A stretch of DNA of 64,000 nucleotides from Setoptus koraiensis. Taxonomy: Eukaryota; Animalia; Arthropoda. The position numbers were made by a program, and so were the translations under genes. Under the pieces are notes generated by a model, which saw only the letters and a list, made by a program, of their open reading frames with translations, was not told the origin of the DNA and made no database searches. Below are positions 14,201-26,100 of the stretch, piece by piece. The first letter of the stretch is position 1; each line of letters begins with the position of its first letter. The DNA is taken from the NCBI GenBank assembly GCA_048013815.1, contig CM106586.1:5704001-5768000 (forward strand), written 5' to 3'.

Positions 14201-15129
14201 CAACTCTCGACAGAGCCAGCCAAATAGAGACCCAGAGAGCACTTGAGATGTCGCGTTGCGCCAAGTAGCAGCGCGGCGTTGAGTAATGCAAATCATTAAA
14301 TCATCTAATGCGTTTCGGGCGGCCCCACACTCTGGGGCCCACAGAGCTCGCCATTTCGCTCACTATTTCTCCCGCTCGCTAGCGCCCCCCCCCCCGCCCC
14401 GAAGAGCCTCGCAAACAACAGCCAATTTAGCGCGCTATGACGCGCGCACCCTCGCCGGCCCGAGAAGAACAGTGTGCCTTTTAGTTTCATGCGCCACTCG
14501 CCTGTCCGAGCTCAGCCGGGACGGCGGCCCGAACGCGGCCCGGCGCGAGGCTTGAGCGGGGCCAGAAGGGCGGTCCGAGCGAGGCCCGAACGGCGGCCCG
14601 GCCCGCCGGATCGATGGGCCGGATCAGTTAATTTGTTTGCAGCGCTCGCCGGCCGAAGCGGGCTGCTATCTGTCCCGTTCAGAGTTCAGAGTTGGGAGTT
14701 CGGAAATCGCAGTTGCGAGCTGCAAGCTCGAATTGGCTCGCTCGTGTGCATCTTGTCTGAGGCCGGATGGGGCGCCTGTGTGGGGCCAACGACAGTTTGC
14801 GAGCAGCGCGCAGGCAAACAACAATTGGACGGCGAGAGCAAACAGAGCTGGAAATGGAAAATCTGCGCGGCCTAGATGACGGTGAAAATGAATGAATTTG
14901 ATTTGACAACCATGAACAGCGCCCAGCATAGGTGCTGGCAGTGAATGGGGCGCCACAACGCGGCCCGAACAACAATCGGACAAGTCGCGCGCCGCGCGCG
15001 ACAACGAAATTGCGCCATCAAACCAACGCGTAACACGGCGCCAAATGGGGCCGGTTGGGGCCCGACGCGCTAGCTGGATTAAGTGTCTAAGTAAGCCGTT
15101 GCGCGCCGGCGGTGTGAAAAAGCAATACA

Positions 15130-15198
<69 letters not shown>

Positions 15199-18100
15199 TT
15201 ATCCGCTGGCTTCACATTGGAACAAACGCGCATTGCAAACGCGCCGGCTATAGGCGCACTGAGGCGCCCGGGCCCCGGCCGATATAAGCGGCCGAGCGGT
15301 ATTACTGGCTGGCATTAGCAACAATCTTTATATTTGGTGTGTGTCTAAAGTAATCTAATGTAATTTAATGTAATCTAACGTAATCCAACCTAATGAATAG
15401 CGCGACAATGGGCGCAAGAAATAACGGCTCGGCTCGGCGCGGTCGCCGCATTTGCAGCAAAATCGTGATGAAATCATGACACGTGGTCACCGTTTTCGGC
15501 CAGCCACGTACCATCTCTATGCCGAGCAATCGTGCTCGGATATTTGCGTCCGTTTCCATTTATAATGTGAGCGAGTTTCACAAAGTTTCAGTGGCCGCCA
15601 GCCAGTCACAGTGCAGCGCGTATTCCCAGTGACACTGGCCGAGGATATCGCTCGTTATCGGCGGATATTGTCCCGACTCGCGCGACCTTCGCCCCGCTTA
15701 TATTGATGTCGTCCGGCTTTTCGTGCAACATCCACAACTGGGGCTCCTCGTGCAGTTGCGTGCCCGCAGCGCTGCTTGCCGATGCCGAAAATTTTGCCGC
15801 CGATTCGATCGGCGGCAAAATTTTCGGCCGCGTTTCGGGCCGCTCTTCGGGCCGCTCTCCGGGCGAATCCCGAGTGCCGAAGATCGGGCCAGTCCGAAAC
15901 GAGAGCTCGTTTGCAGCCGCCGAGTCGGGGCCGCAAGCACTCACTCAAACAGCCAGACAATGTTGGCCCCGTTCAGAGAAATATCTGCGCACGTTGAGCG
16001 GTTTTCTGGGGGGACCCGCGCGCGCTTGTTTTTGCTTGTCTCGATACTATGTCGCGAATCGCGATTGCAAGTGTGCGTGCCGCTATTGCAACCAGACGAG
16101 AGCCCATGATAATAATGTTAATCGAATGTTCGCCCACCGAGGAGCACAATGGAAAACAACGGCGCAAACAACAACAACAAGCTGGCAGCACTAATAAAAA
16201 CGACAAGCTTCGATGGGCGCCCCTTTGTGCCGCCAATCGACTTCTTCTCTCTTGTGTTGGGCGCGCGATCTCCTGTTTTATTCATGCTCCACCAGGCAAA
16301 GGGTATAATCAATCAAGGGCCACTTACCAGCCAGCCAACGGCATCTACTTATCCCTGTCGCGTGCTTTTGGGGCGCCTGCCGCGCGTGAGGCGCCCCAAA
16401 AGTGCATTGGCTTCCTGTTGGTCGGCTCGTCGTTTTTTCTGCGCTCGCTCTCACACTCGTGGCACTCGTTGCGACTCCTCCAGTGGCCTGCCCGACCGGT
16501 GCTAAAACTGAAACTGACACCCGACCGGAGAGAGCGAACGATACAGAGAGAGAGCGGAACCAATTTTGTGAGCCGCCGCTGGGAGCCCCCGCTCGGCCCA
16601 GCTGAAATCTTGACTTATTCAGTCGGTGATAACTCGAAAATCTAAACCCGAAAAGTGAAAAGAGACGCGCCGACGAAACAAAAACGGGCCTGCGAAAACG
16701 GCTCGCCAAATGTTTCCATTTAAGCCAGACTTAGAATTGGATTTGAATTATTCCGCAACGAGCCAAAATCTGCCAAGACACTTTTTGGCTTTCGAGCCGG
16801 CGGCCCGGGAGGCCGGCTCAACTACTCAACTGTTTCAAAAACTAAAAGCTTTCTCGCTCTCTCTCCCCCGGCGCGCCACTCAACCCGAACCGTGCTCAAC
16901 CCGCGCCGCTCTCGACCTGAACCGCTCCGCCGTCTCCGTCCGACTGTCGCCGACAACAACGCGCCCCGACTGCCCGACCAACCAATCGAATGAACACAAA
17001 CAAACGACGACTGTGCAAACATTTATTATTTACATGGACCCTAAACACAAATCGATGTATCACGAATGGCCGGCCCACTCGCGAAATTCATGACATTTGC
17101 GGCATTTGCGACATTTGCGACATTCCCGACATTCCCGTCATTCGCGGCGTTCATAAAATTCGCGAAACGCACGAAACGACGACGATGGAAAAATTGTCGC
17201 CGCCGCGAATCGACGAACAACAATCAATTCATTTCAATACCTAGGAGGCGCCCGAATTTGATTGGACCCCAGAAACTGTGGGCGTGGTAGACTCGTCCTT
17301 TTTTTGGGGCTACATAGTGACGCAGATACCGGGCGGCTTCTTGGCGGCGCGGTACCCGGCCAACAAGGTGTTCGGATCGGCGATCGCAACGTCGGCCTTT
17401 TTAAACATGATACTGCCCATTGCGGCCAAGGCGGGAGTTCAGTACGTTATGATTGTCCGTATATTACAGGGCCTGGTAGAGGTGAGTACAACAACAATTA
17501 CAACCGCTCAAACGCTGATTTACGCTTAATTATCCCGCTATTATCCCGCTATTACCCAGTTATTATCCAGTTATAATCCAGCTATTATCAATTTATTATC
17601 GAGCTATTATTATCCAGATATTATCAGGTTATTAGCGAGCTGTTGCGACGATATTTCCATTTTGATGAATTGCGTCCAACTGGGTGAGTGTATCGCAGTG
17701 GCTACGTTGGCTTCTTGGGCCCGAGGGTCTGATAGCCCGAGAGTCCGACAGCCCGACAATTGAAGCGGCCGGTTTCCGGCCGCTTCAATTGTCGCCAATT
17801 GAGTCAATTGAATTGACTGACGAACTCTGCCGATGACGCAACAACGAGCTAGTCTTGTCACGAGCCTCCCGTGTCGAAAAACTGACACGTGGTTCTTTGG
17901 GGCCTCAGATCGGCGATGCGACATTGCCAATGTGCCCAGTTGGGCACAATTGCAAGCGCATCAGTCAGCGCAATTAGGCAGCAAGTCACAATGACTAAGA
18001 CGAGCTATAGGTTGCAATGGGCAAACATCGCCAGTACCTGGCCGAGCGGAGCCAGTACCGAAGCGCCGCACTCGTTTGGGTATCGTTTTTAATTGGGTAT

Positions 18101-20060
18101 TTTTTCCGGGCGCATATTTGGTTGCGCATTGGGGCCCGGTCATTATTCATGAGCAATCATTAATTATCGTCTCTCACGTGTCGTTTATCAGACCGGAGGC
18201 GGCTCGCGACTGGGCGAGCTTTCTGGCTTTCAGTGCTTGCATAACTTATAGCACACTGCCGTGGATAATCGCCACTGTTCGCTGCAGCAGAGATCCTCTG
18301 TCAGGGGCCCCTGGCGCCAGTGTGGCCGCTGCGAGCCGATAGCAGTGAGTTTGTAGCGCCACCGACTCAATGGCGCGACATTTGGCAATAAATCAAGGCC
18401 AGGCTTATGAATTTCATATGAACGAAACGTATCGGCTTCCGGGTGGCCAATGGATGGGCGCGGATCGGATTGTGGCAATAGCATCCAATGAATATTCATC
18501 GGAGCGAGCCGGCGACCAGAGGTCGCTGCATCGGCCTACTTTTGGCGCAACACATACTGAAAGTTTATCCTCGCAAGGCCTGTCTGCAATGCCACAAGCC
18601 CCAATTGCAGAGCGAGCCCCGGTCGGCCCGATTGGCAACATTGTGTCTAGCTGCGCCATGGTGCGCCAGCGGATCAGGGGAGGCCTCCCCTGTCCATTTA
18701 TGGCGCGGGTTCAATTAGCAGTGGCGTTTCCATTTCCATTTGTTGTTTGTTCATGCTGGCGCATCGTGTTTTATCGCGCTGGCCATTTAGCGTTGTTGTC
18801 GCTGTTGTCGTTGTTGTCGCTGTTGTCGTTGTTGTCGTTGTTGTCGTTGTTGTCGTTGGCGTAGTTGGTGTGGTTGTTGCATGGTTGGCGTACATGTCGT
18901 TGTTGGCGTTATTGCCACTGGCGGCCCGGCCGCCAGTTTACTTAAACCACTGGCCAGCGCGGCGCCGGCCCACAGCTCAAGGGGGCCCCTTGGCCCCATA
19001 TAAATGGCAGCGACAGAGTAGCAGTGGAGCAGGGCAATTTATCAATGTTTATTGTCACATTTAGAGTGCCCGATACTACTTCAGTTTGTCTGTTGTGCGT
19101 GTCTCTGCCTTCTTTATCACTGCAATAACTTTCTCTGTTCCTCGGAGAGGTCTCATGGCGGCCGGCGGGCCCCACAGCCAGCTACAACATGCCAGTGGTA
19201 TCTGGAAGTGGATAAAAGTTTGGCTGCGCTGCAACACTTTTCGGTGCATGGTCACACTGTCGTCGTTATTATGTAATGAGACAGACAGACACAATCGATA
19301 CCCGCTGCAACAGCGCAACAGCAGCAACAAACAGCGGCAACAGCAGCAGCAACAACGACAGCAACAACAGCGGCAACAACAACAGCAACAACAACAGCAA
19401 TAACAACGCCAACAACAACAGCAACAACAACTCGCCGGTGTTGTTTGCTTAGCGATCGAGGGGCCGCATCAGTCTTGTCATATTAGCCACTAGTCGGCGT
19501 AGCTGGCTAGCCGGCCAATTGGCGGCGACCGAGTGGTTGTTGTGTTGGCCGCGAGCAAACAAATCTCTGCACAAATGCGTCGGCAAACAGCGCCACCAGT
19601 TTTATAATGTGTGCCCCGCCGTGCCCAAAGTCGCCCAAAGCTGCCCAAAGCCGCCCAAAGTTGCCCAAAGTCGCCCAATGCTGCCCAACGTTTCGGGACC
19701 CGATGCAGGCCGACATTTGCGACCCACGTGCCCACCGGCGACCGGCGGATACCCGACGAATGTGTCACGCGAAATGGGCTACATAAAATAAGTTGCGCAA
19801 CACACGTCACTGTGTCGGGGGCACTCTAATTCGCAATAATAGAGAGGCAAACAAACAAAGCGGCAGATGAGAAATGGACGACGTTTGGCATGGTTGTCGC
19901 AAGTTGCGCAACACTATCTAGTCTATTGTGCCCAATGCCAGCCAGCAACATGACACATGGGCACATGACAGCCAGTTAGACTCTAACTGTTAGAGGGAGC
20001 CCGACAGGGGGAGAGAGGGAGAGCAAATAAAGGTTACACACTTAATGGGCTCATGACTTG

Positions 20061-20125
<65 letters not shown>

Positions 20126-23100
20126 GTCGCTGTCAACACATGAAACATGACGACTAACTAGGCCAATATGTGCACTGTCACTTTATTGAGACTTCACCCA
20201 TCGGCCATTGACGGCGAGTTAGACGCCCACGCACTGGCTTGCGTAGCCTTGAAAGTGCTTGAAGCAGCCGCCAATTCTGTGCCACTTCCACTCAACCACT
20301 TCCGGTAGGCACACACTATTATTGGGAAGCACAAATTGCGCAGCTTGGCGCACTGACAGCCACTTGACTGTTGTGAGCGATTCAGCGAACAGTCCAATGG
20401 CCCAATAGTTCGACATTTCAACAGTCCAACGGTCTAGCCAAACGAGTCTTGGCGGCTCTGTTACGTAACCTAGCGCAGCGTTATAACTTATATAAGTTAT
20501 AAGGCAACCCTGCGTAACGATACTCAGCGTTACGTAACAGACAAAACGGGAGTATATATAATGGCAATACAATAATAATAATAATAATAATAGTGATAGC
20601 AACAGCAATAATTGAGTGAGCGCAATTGCGTTGATTTTGCGCCATCTATGCCAGCCAGTTTGCTGCCAAAGCAAACTGGCAAATGCACCCGCACCGCCAT
20701 TCGCATTGGCAGCTCGTGGAAATGAACGCACGCGGCACCGCCAACGTCCGTTCAACGGGCCCACACGAGGGATTGAATAAAGGGGCCCGTTGAACAGATT
20801 GAATGAAGGGGCCCGTTGAACTGACAGCGCCCGCTTGCGCGGGAGCGACGCCACCGGAAACAATCGCGCACCGTTGAGAGTCGACACGCCAGTGATATAC
20901 AGCATGCGATTGAGAAGCAGCGTGGCAAGCTGGGCAGCACAGTCACTGTGTCACAGTGGCACGGGCAGATGGGCGACTCGCTGGGGCCCCACGAGCGAGC
21001 CAGTTTCAACAACAACAGTTTGTTTCGGCTGCCGTTGTTTGAGATTGACAGAGCCCGACGAGCGGCTCAACAGAGCTGTCGCGTTTGCATACTGAGCTAG
21101 CTGTGCCGACAAAGCCAGTTGCAATCGAGTCAACACCGGAAATAAAACGGGCCGGCCCGGGGTAGAGCCTCTTTCATGGAGGCCCACATTTGTTTGCCCA
21201 CCGGCCACCAGGTGATGAGAGAGGGCGCAACTTGTTAGCGACTATGTGCGGCACAACTTGCCAAAATATTGTCCCCAATCGCTGGCGCGCGACTCGTGCC
21301 GCACGAGTGTTTTGTGGCGCCTCTACCGGAGCACTGACAAGCTTGACAAACTTGTGAGCCGATTCTGGAGTGAAAAATCTGCACAGTGCATTCGCTTGCC
21401 GCCTGGACCCCAAGCTTAGGCAGTGTGCAGAGTCATGCCACGAGCCAGCGTGGCTGGCACAGTTGAGTTGCACGTGCAAAAAGCCATAACTCTCGACTCG
21501 TGCGGCTGCGGCTCGCTGGCTCGTGGTTGCTCTCGCTGCCTTTCGCTGGGCTTGTTCCGCTGCGTGAGTAGCTAGGCGGGCCGACGGGCGCGCCAGAGAA
21601 TCGGAGCGGGCGAGTCGAGAGTCAGAGTGGAAACAAAGAGAGAAATCATCATGTCGTTGTTGTGTCGTCATTGGCGTCACTGGGCCCGTCGGCGTCGTCG
21701 GCCTCGTCGTCGCATGAATAACATTAGCGCGATCATCAACGGAGCGCGCACGAGCAGCGACAAGAAGTTGCGTTACGCAATAATGGCCGCGTCGCTGTTG
21801 TCGCCGTTGTCGTTGTTTTGTGCCCGCGCTGCGTGCGCCCGCGACCATCAATTCGACAGCGAACGCCGAGCAGAGAACGCCGAACAGCGAACGCCGAACA
21901 GCGAACGCCGAACAGCTCGCATGGCGGCGCGTGGGGCGCGCCGCCGAAATCACATTAGCAGCCGGCGACGGCAGCGCCACTTGCCAGCCAGCGAGACGGA
22001 TACTCTGGCGTGGCCCGTTATGCCGGCGCACTCAATCACCAGCGCACTGTGAGACGTATGTAATCATGGGGCCGATTATAGTTTAGATTCGGCCCGGCCA
22101 ACGCCCAATCTCAGTGGGGCCCCGCGCGAGCGCGCATGCGCCTATTAGTATTATTACTAGTTGAGTATATCAATATTTTGGCATTGATTTGTTTGTTTCA
22201 ACTCCATCCATTACAGTTGACGGGCCCGGCCGCCCGGCCGCCCACTGCCTTTTTGTTGTCTGACTGTCAGTTTTTGTTGCGCACACGCAACGAGTTTGCT
22301 GACAGTCAGCTGATCGCGCGACCAAGTTCCGCCATGCCGGCTTGCGACATTGCGTAACGCTCGCCCCCATTGCGCAACATTGGCCCCCTTTATTGCGTAA
22401 CATGGTCGCTAACAAGCAGCTATAGCGGTGGTTGTTGTTGCGCTGTGTGTGTGTGTGTGTGTGTCATCCATTATCGGCCAATCATTGCGTCATCATCGTG
22501 TACCATTCACAGGCGCAACGAGCGCGGGCCGGGGGCTACGGGCGGCGGCGGAGGGGGGAAAGCAGCCCGACGCGCGTTTTTTGCACCAATTGTCGCTTGT
22601 GCGCCGCTCCCGCCGGTCTGTGCGTCTGTGTGTGTGTGTGTGTGTCGGTCGTGTACTTAGCCGCACCGCCGTTACCGCTATTTTGACAGCCAGCTCGATT
22701 ACCTAATCTAGTGGGCGCACCAACGCAAGAAACAACAACAGCGCCAACAGCGGCGGCCGCGTCAAGGTCGCTATAGGCACAATGTCGGCAAGCCAGCTCG
22801 GCGGCCCCACGTTGAGCTGGCACGTACACGTAAGACGCGGGCCCGCGGCTTAGGCCGTCGCAAGTTGCGCACCGTTATAGTTGTGCGTGCTATATGCGCG
22901 CCATGTGCGGCTGCATATAGCGCATATATGTGCCGATTTGGGCATATTTGGCTGAGCGGGCATTTATGGCTGTGCGACGAGTACATAGCGCCGTGTCGCT
23001 ATGTGCCCGTCGCACAACCATAAATGTCGGTTGCGCAGGTTCTGCCAAAGCGGGGCACAGCGCACAAAAACAAAAATTAAGAGGCTGGCAAAATGACGAA

Positions 23101-26100
23101 ATGAAAAGCCGAAAAGCGTGCCCCGCTAATGGACGCTGCGCGACAATATAACGGCGACTGCATTAGCGACATGATGTGGTCACTTGGACACGGCCGCGCA
23201 TCACGTATTATAATGGCGAGCCTCTTTGTTGATGTTGTGGCCGTTGTTGCTGATGCTGCCGTTGTGGTCGTCGTTGTCGCTGTTGTCGTTGTTGTTGTTG
23301 TCGTCGTTGTTGTTGTTGTTGTCGTTGTCGTTGTTGCTGTGTGTTGTTGCGGTTGTCGTTGTCGCTGGGGCCGAGGCTCGGCAGATTGGCAGCAACGCGA
23401 GATAACTGTGCGGATATTTTGCATCGAGCTGGCCCAACTGTGCGGCGCGACAGCGTGCGCCACAGCCAGCGGCGCGGGCCCCCGACCAGAGACTCTCTGG
23501 CAGAGAGAGAGACCAGAGAGATGGATGACCGTGACAAGACAGTCGCGCCAGTCGGCGTGACAAATATTGCGTCATAGCCGCGCGTTGTCCGCTCACACAA
23601 CTCATCTGGCGGGCCGACATGATCTGGCTGGCCGACCGACTCTCGGGCTCTCTCAATGGCTGGCTGGCCCGCTCGCGAACAGACAGACTCGCTCTTCAGC
23701 TGGCTGGCTGGCTGGCGTGCCCTGAATAACGGCCGGGCCCCAGTAATACGAGCACGGCGAGATGATTATGATTATTACTTGCTGTCCGCCGCCGTCGCTG
23801 GCCGGGCCGGCTGATAATCTGGCATTGCTATTAGTGCGATTGCATATGCGTCGGCCAGCCACGCCAGCCGATTGCATGTGTGCGGCGCGTATCGCGCCGC
23901 CGGGCCGGGCCCCAATGGCAGTAACGAGCAGCGCAAATAGTTTTCAGTTTGTTGCCTGCGCTATCTATCTGGGCTATCTCGCCGTGGGGATGCTCTCTGG
24001 CCGGCCGGCTACATGGCTGGCTGGGCATGCGGTTGGCCGGCTGGGTATGTGGCTGGTCAGTTTGATGTAAGGCTGGCTGGCTGGCTGGCTGGGTATGTGT
24101 CTGGCCGGCTTGATATGTGGCCAGACACATACCAAGCCAGAGGCCGGCGAAAAAGCGTTTAGCCGAGCGGCGGGCATTATCATTATTATGGGAGCACGTA
24201 ATGATCAATACGAGCGGCGGCAAAACCAATCCGCGGTAAGTGGGCCAATCCGGCCCACGATGCCCGCTGGAACGCAATGCCGAGCTAGCCGTCTAGACAC
24301 GGGCCGCGCTGTGTGCGCCCGGTGCCGGACATTATGCGTGCGACGATGTGGCAGATATGCACCAGTCTACGTTTACAATGTGACCACCGGTGTCCGTGAG
24401 GCCCGATCCGACTGCCACTGGCGCGGCTAATCCGACGCTGCATGCCGACCGCTGGCTGCGGTGATTAACTCTCCCTCAGATTGCTCCCCTTAGCGTTTGC
24501 GGTGCGGCCGGCGGCCCGGCCAACGACAACACGGCCAAAGACAACAAGGCCAAAGACAACAAGTTCCCGCAATTGTGTGGCCTTGCAATATCCGACCGGC
24601 GGCCAGCGGCCGGCGATGTGTCGTGGCGGCCGGCGATGCGTCGTGGCGGCCCCAGTGGCGAAAATCGAGTAACGGTTTGTGTAAAACAAGCGCGTTATCT
24701 CTTTATCTGCGCCCTTGTCTTGCGTCCCGACAACCGAATGGGGGGCCCCTTGTTTGTTTTGGCCCCGTGTTACCGCTAATGCGACTCGTGTTATGCGGCC
24801 CGTTATATTTGTATAAATGTACACGCGCTCGGTCGGTGTTTGAACGGCCGCTGGACGCACGGCTAACGATCCATAAGCCGTGCCGGGCGTCTCGCTGGCC
24901 CGGAGTGCATAGCGCCGCGAGCACATAGCGACCGGACAGGGAGACTGTCTGGCCAACTGGCTGTTGTCGGCCATTGTGCGCCGGCCGCTATCACTAGCCA
25001 CTGGCCCAATATATTAGCGGCCAGTGACAATGGCCATTGTGGCCAGCGTGTCACCCCTTTGTTATGTAACACAAGCAACGAGCAAATGAGCGAGCACAAC
25101 GAGCCGCAGCGGCTCGCAATCAGATGGAAAGATAGATCCGCCAACTGGGGCCCAGTTAGCGGATCCGTCTGTCTAACGGTGGCTATTATTAGCCACTTGC
25201 TGCCATTATAGATAGGTGCACTTGTCCCGCGTCGCCGGGCCGGTTATATATATATATATATATAACCGGCCACTGGCGTATATATATATATATATATGTG
25301 TGTGTATTGTACGCCAGTGGCCGACGCAGTGGCCACTATAGGTGCGCCCCTTTGTGTAAATAATAATGATAATCACCATCGATACGCACACACGCACAAC
25401 ACAAAAACAACAACGGCGACAATGACGCCAACGCTAGTCACTACTAACTGCCACTAATGTCGCCGTGGGGACAACCCAACCAGACCCATCTGAGGCCCCC
25501 CGCCCGCCGCCGACTAACCCAATTGATACACTCTGTTGGTCTTTATGCAAGTCCATGGGCACCAACTAAATGTAGTGCCCGGCGTGGCCGCTATGCGCCA
25601 TGCACCTGTCCCTATGTGTGTCTGTCTAGTCCAATTTAAAGGCCATTGGGGCGCTTAACTTGGCCCGCTTGGCGCTGCCAACAATCGCCGCTATGTCGCG
25701 CTAGATTAATAGCGACCGCTGGCCATTGTGTCAACTACGTAAAAAAGGGCCCCCCACATTTGCTCAAACAAGTGTGACCAGTGGCGCCCAATGGAGCCCT
25801 GGAGAGACTTTCAGCAACAACTGTCGGCCTAACCGTAACAGCGCCATTGATCGATACGGCTCGTCAATGAAACAGCGAGTGGGCGGATGCAATAATAGTC
25901 TCACAAGTGCCGACAATGATGAATTCGTATTGAGAGGGGGCCGCAGCATCTTGGCCGGTTTAGTCTCGGCAGTTTCGCTGGAAGGCGAAAGGGAGCCGAA
26001 TGGGAGGCCAATGAAGGGCGGACGGAGGGCGGATGGGAGCCGAATGGAGGGCGGACGACGATTTTTGCTACATCGGTGACATCACTTCGCTGCTGGTGAC

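Noticed and set aside
1452-21915. Short tandem repeats as CRISPR arrays or minisatellite genes
   Set aside because: Units are 9-14 bp, head-to-tail and without unique spacers; there are no cas genes and the context is eukaryotic.
3173-25271. Hairpins as a MITE family or as rho-independent terminators
   Set aside because: The arms share no sequence with one another and I saw no target-site duplications; intrinsic terminators do not apply to Pol II introns.
25990-26056. G-quadruplex in a purine-rich tract
   Set aside because: Most loops between GGG runs exceed 7 nt, so support is weak.
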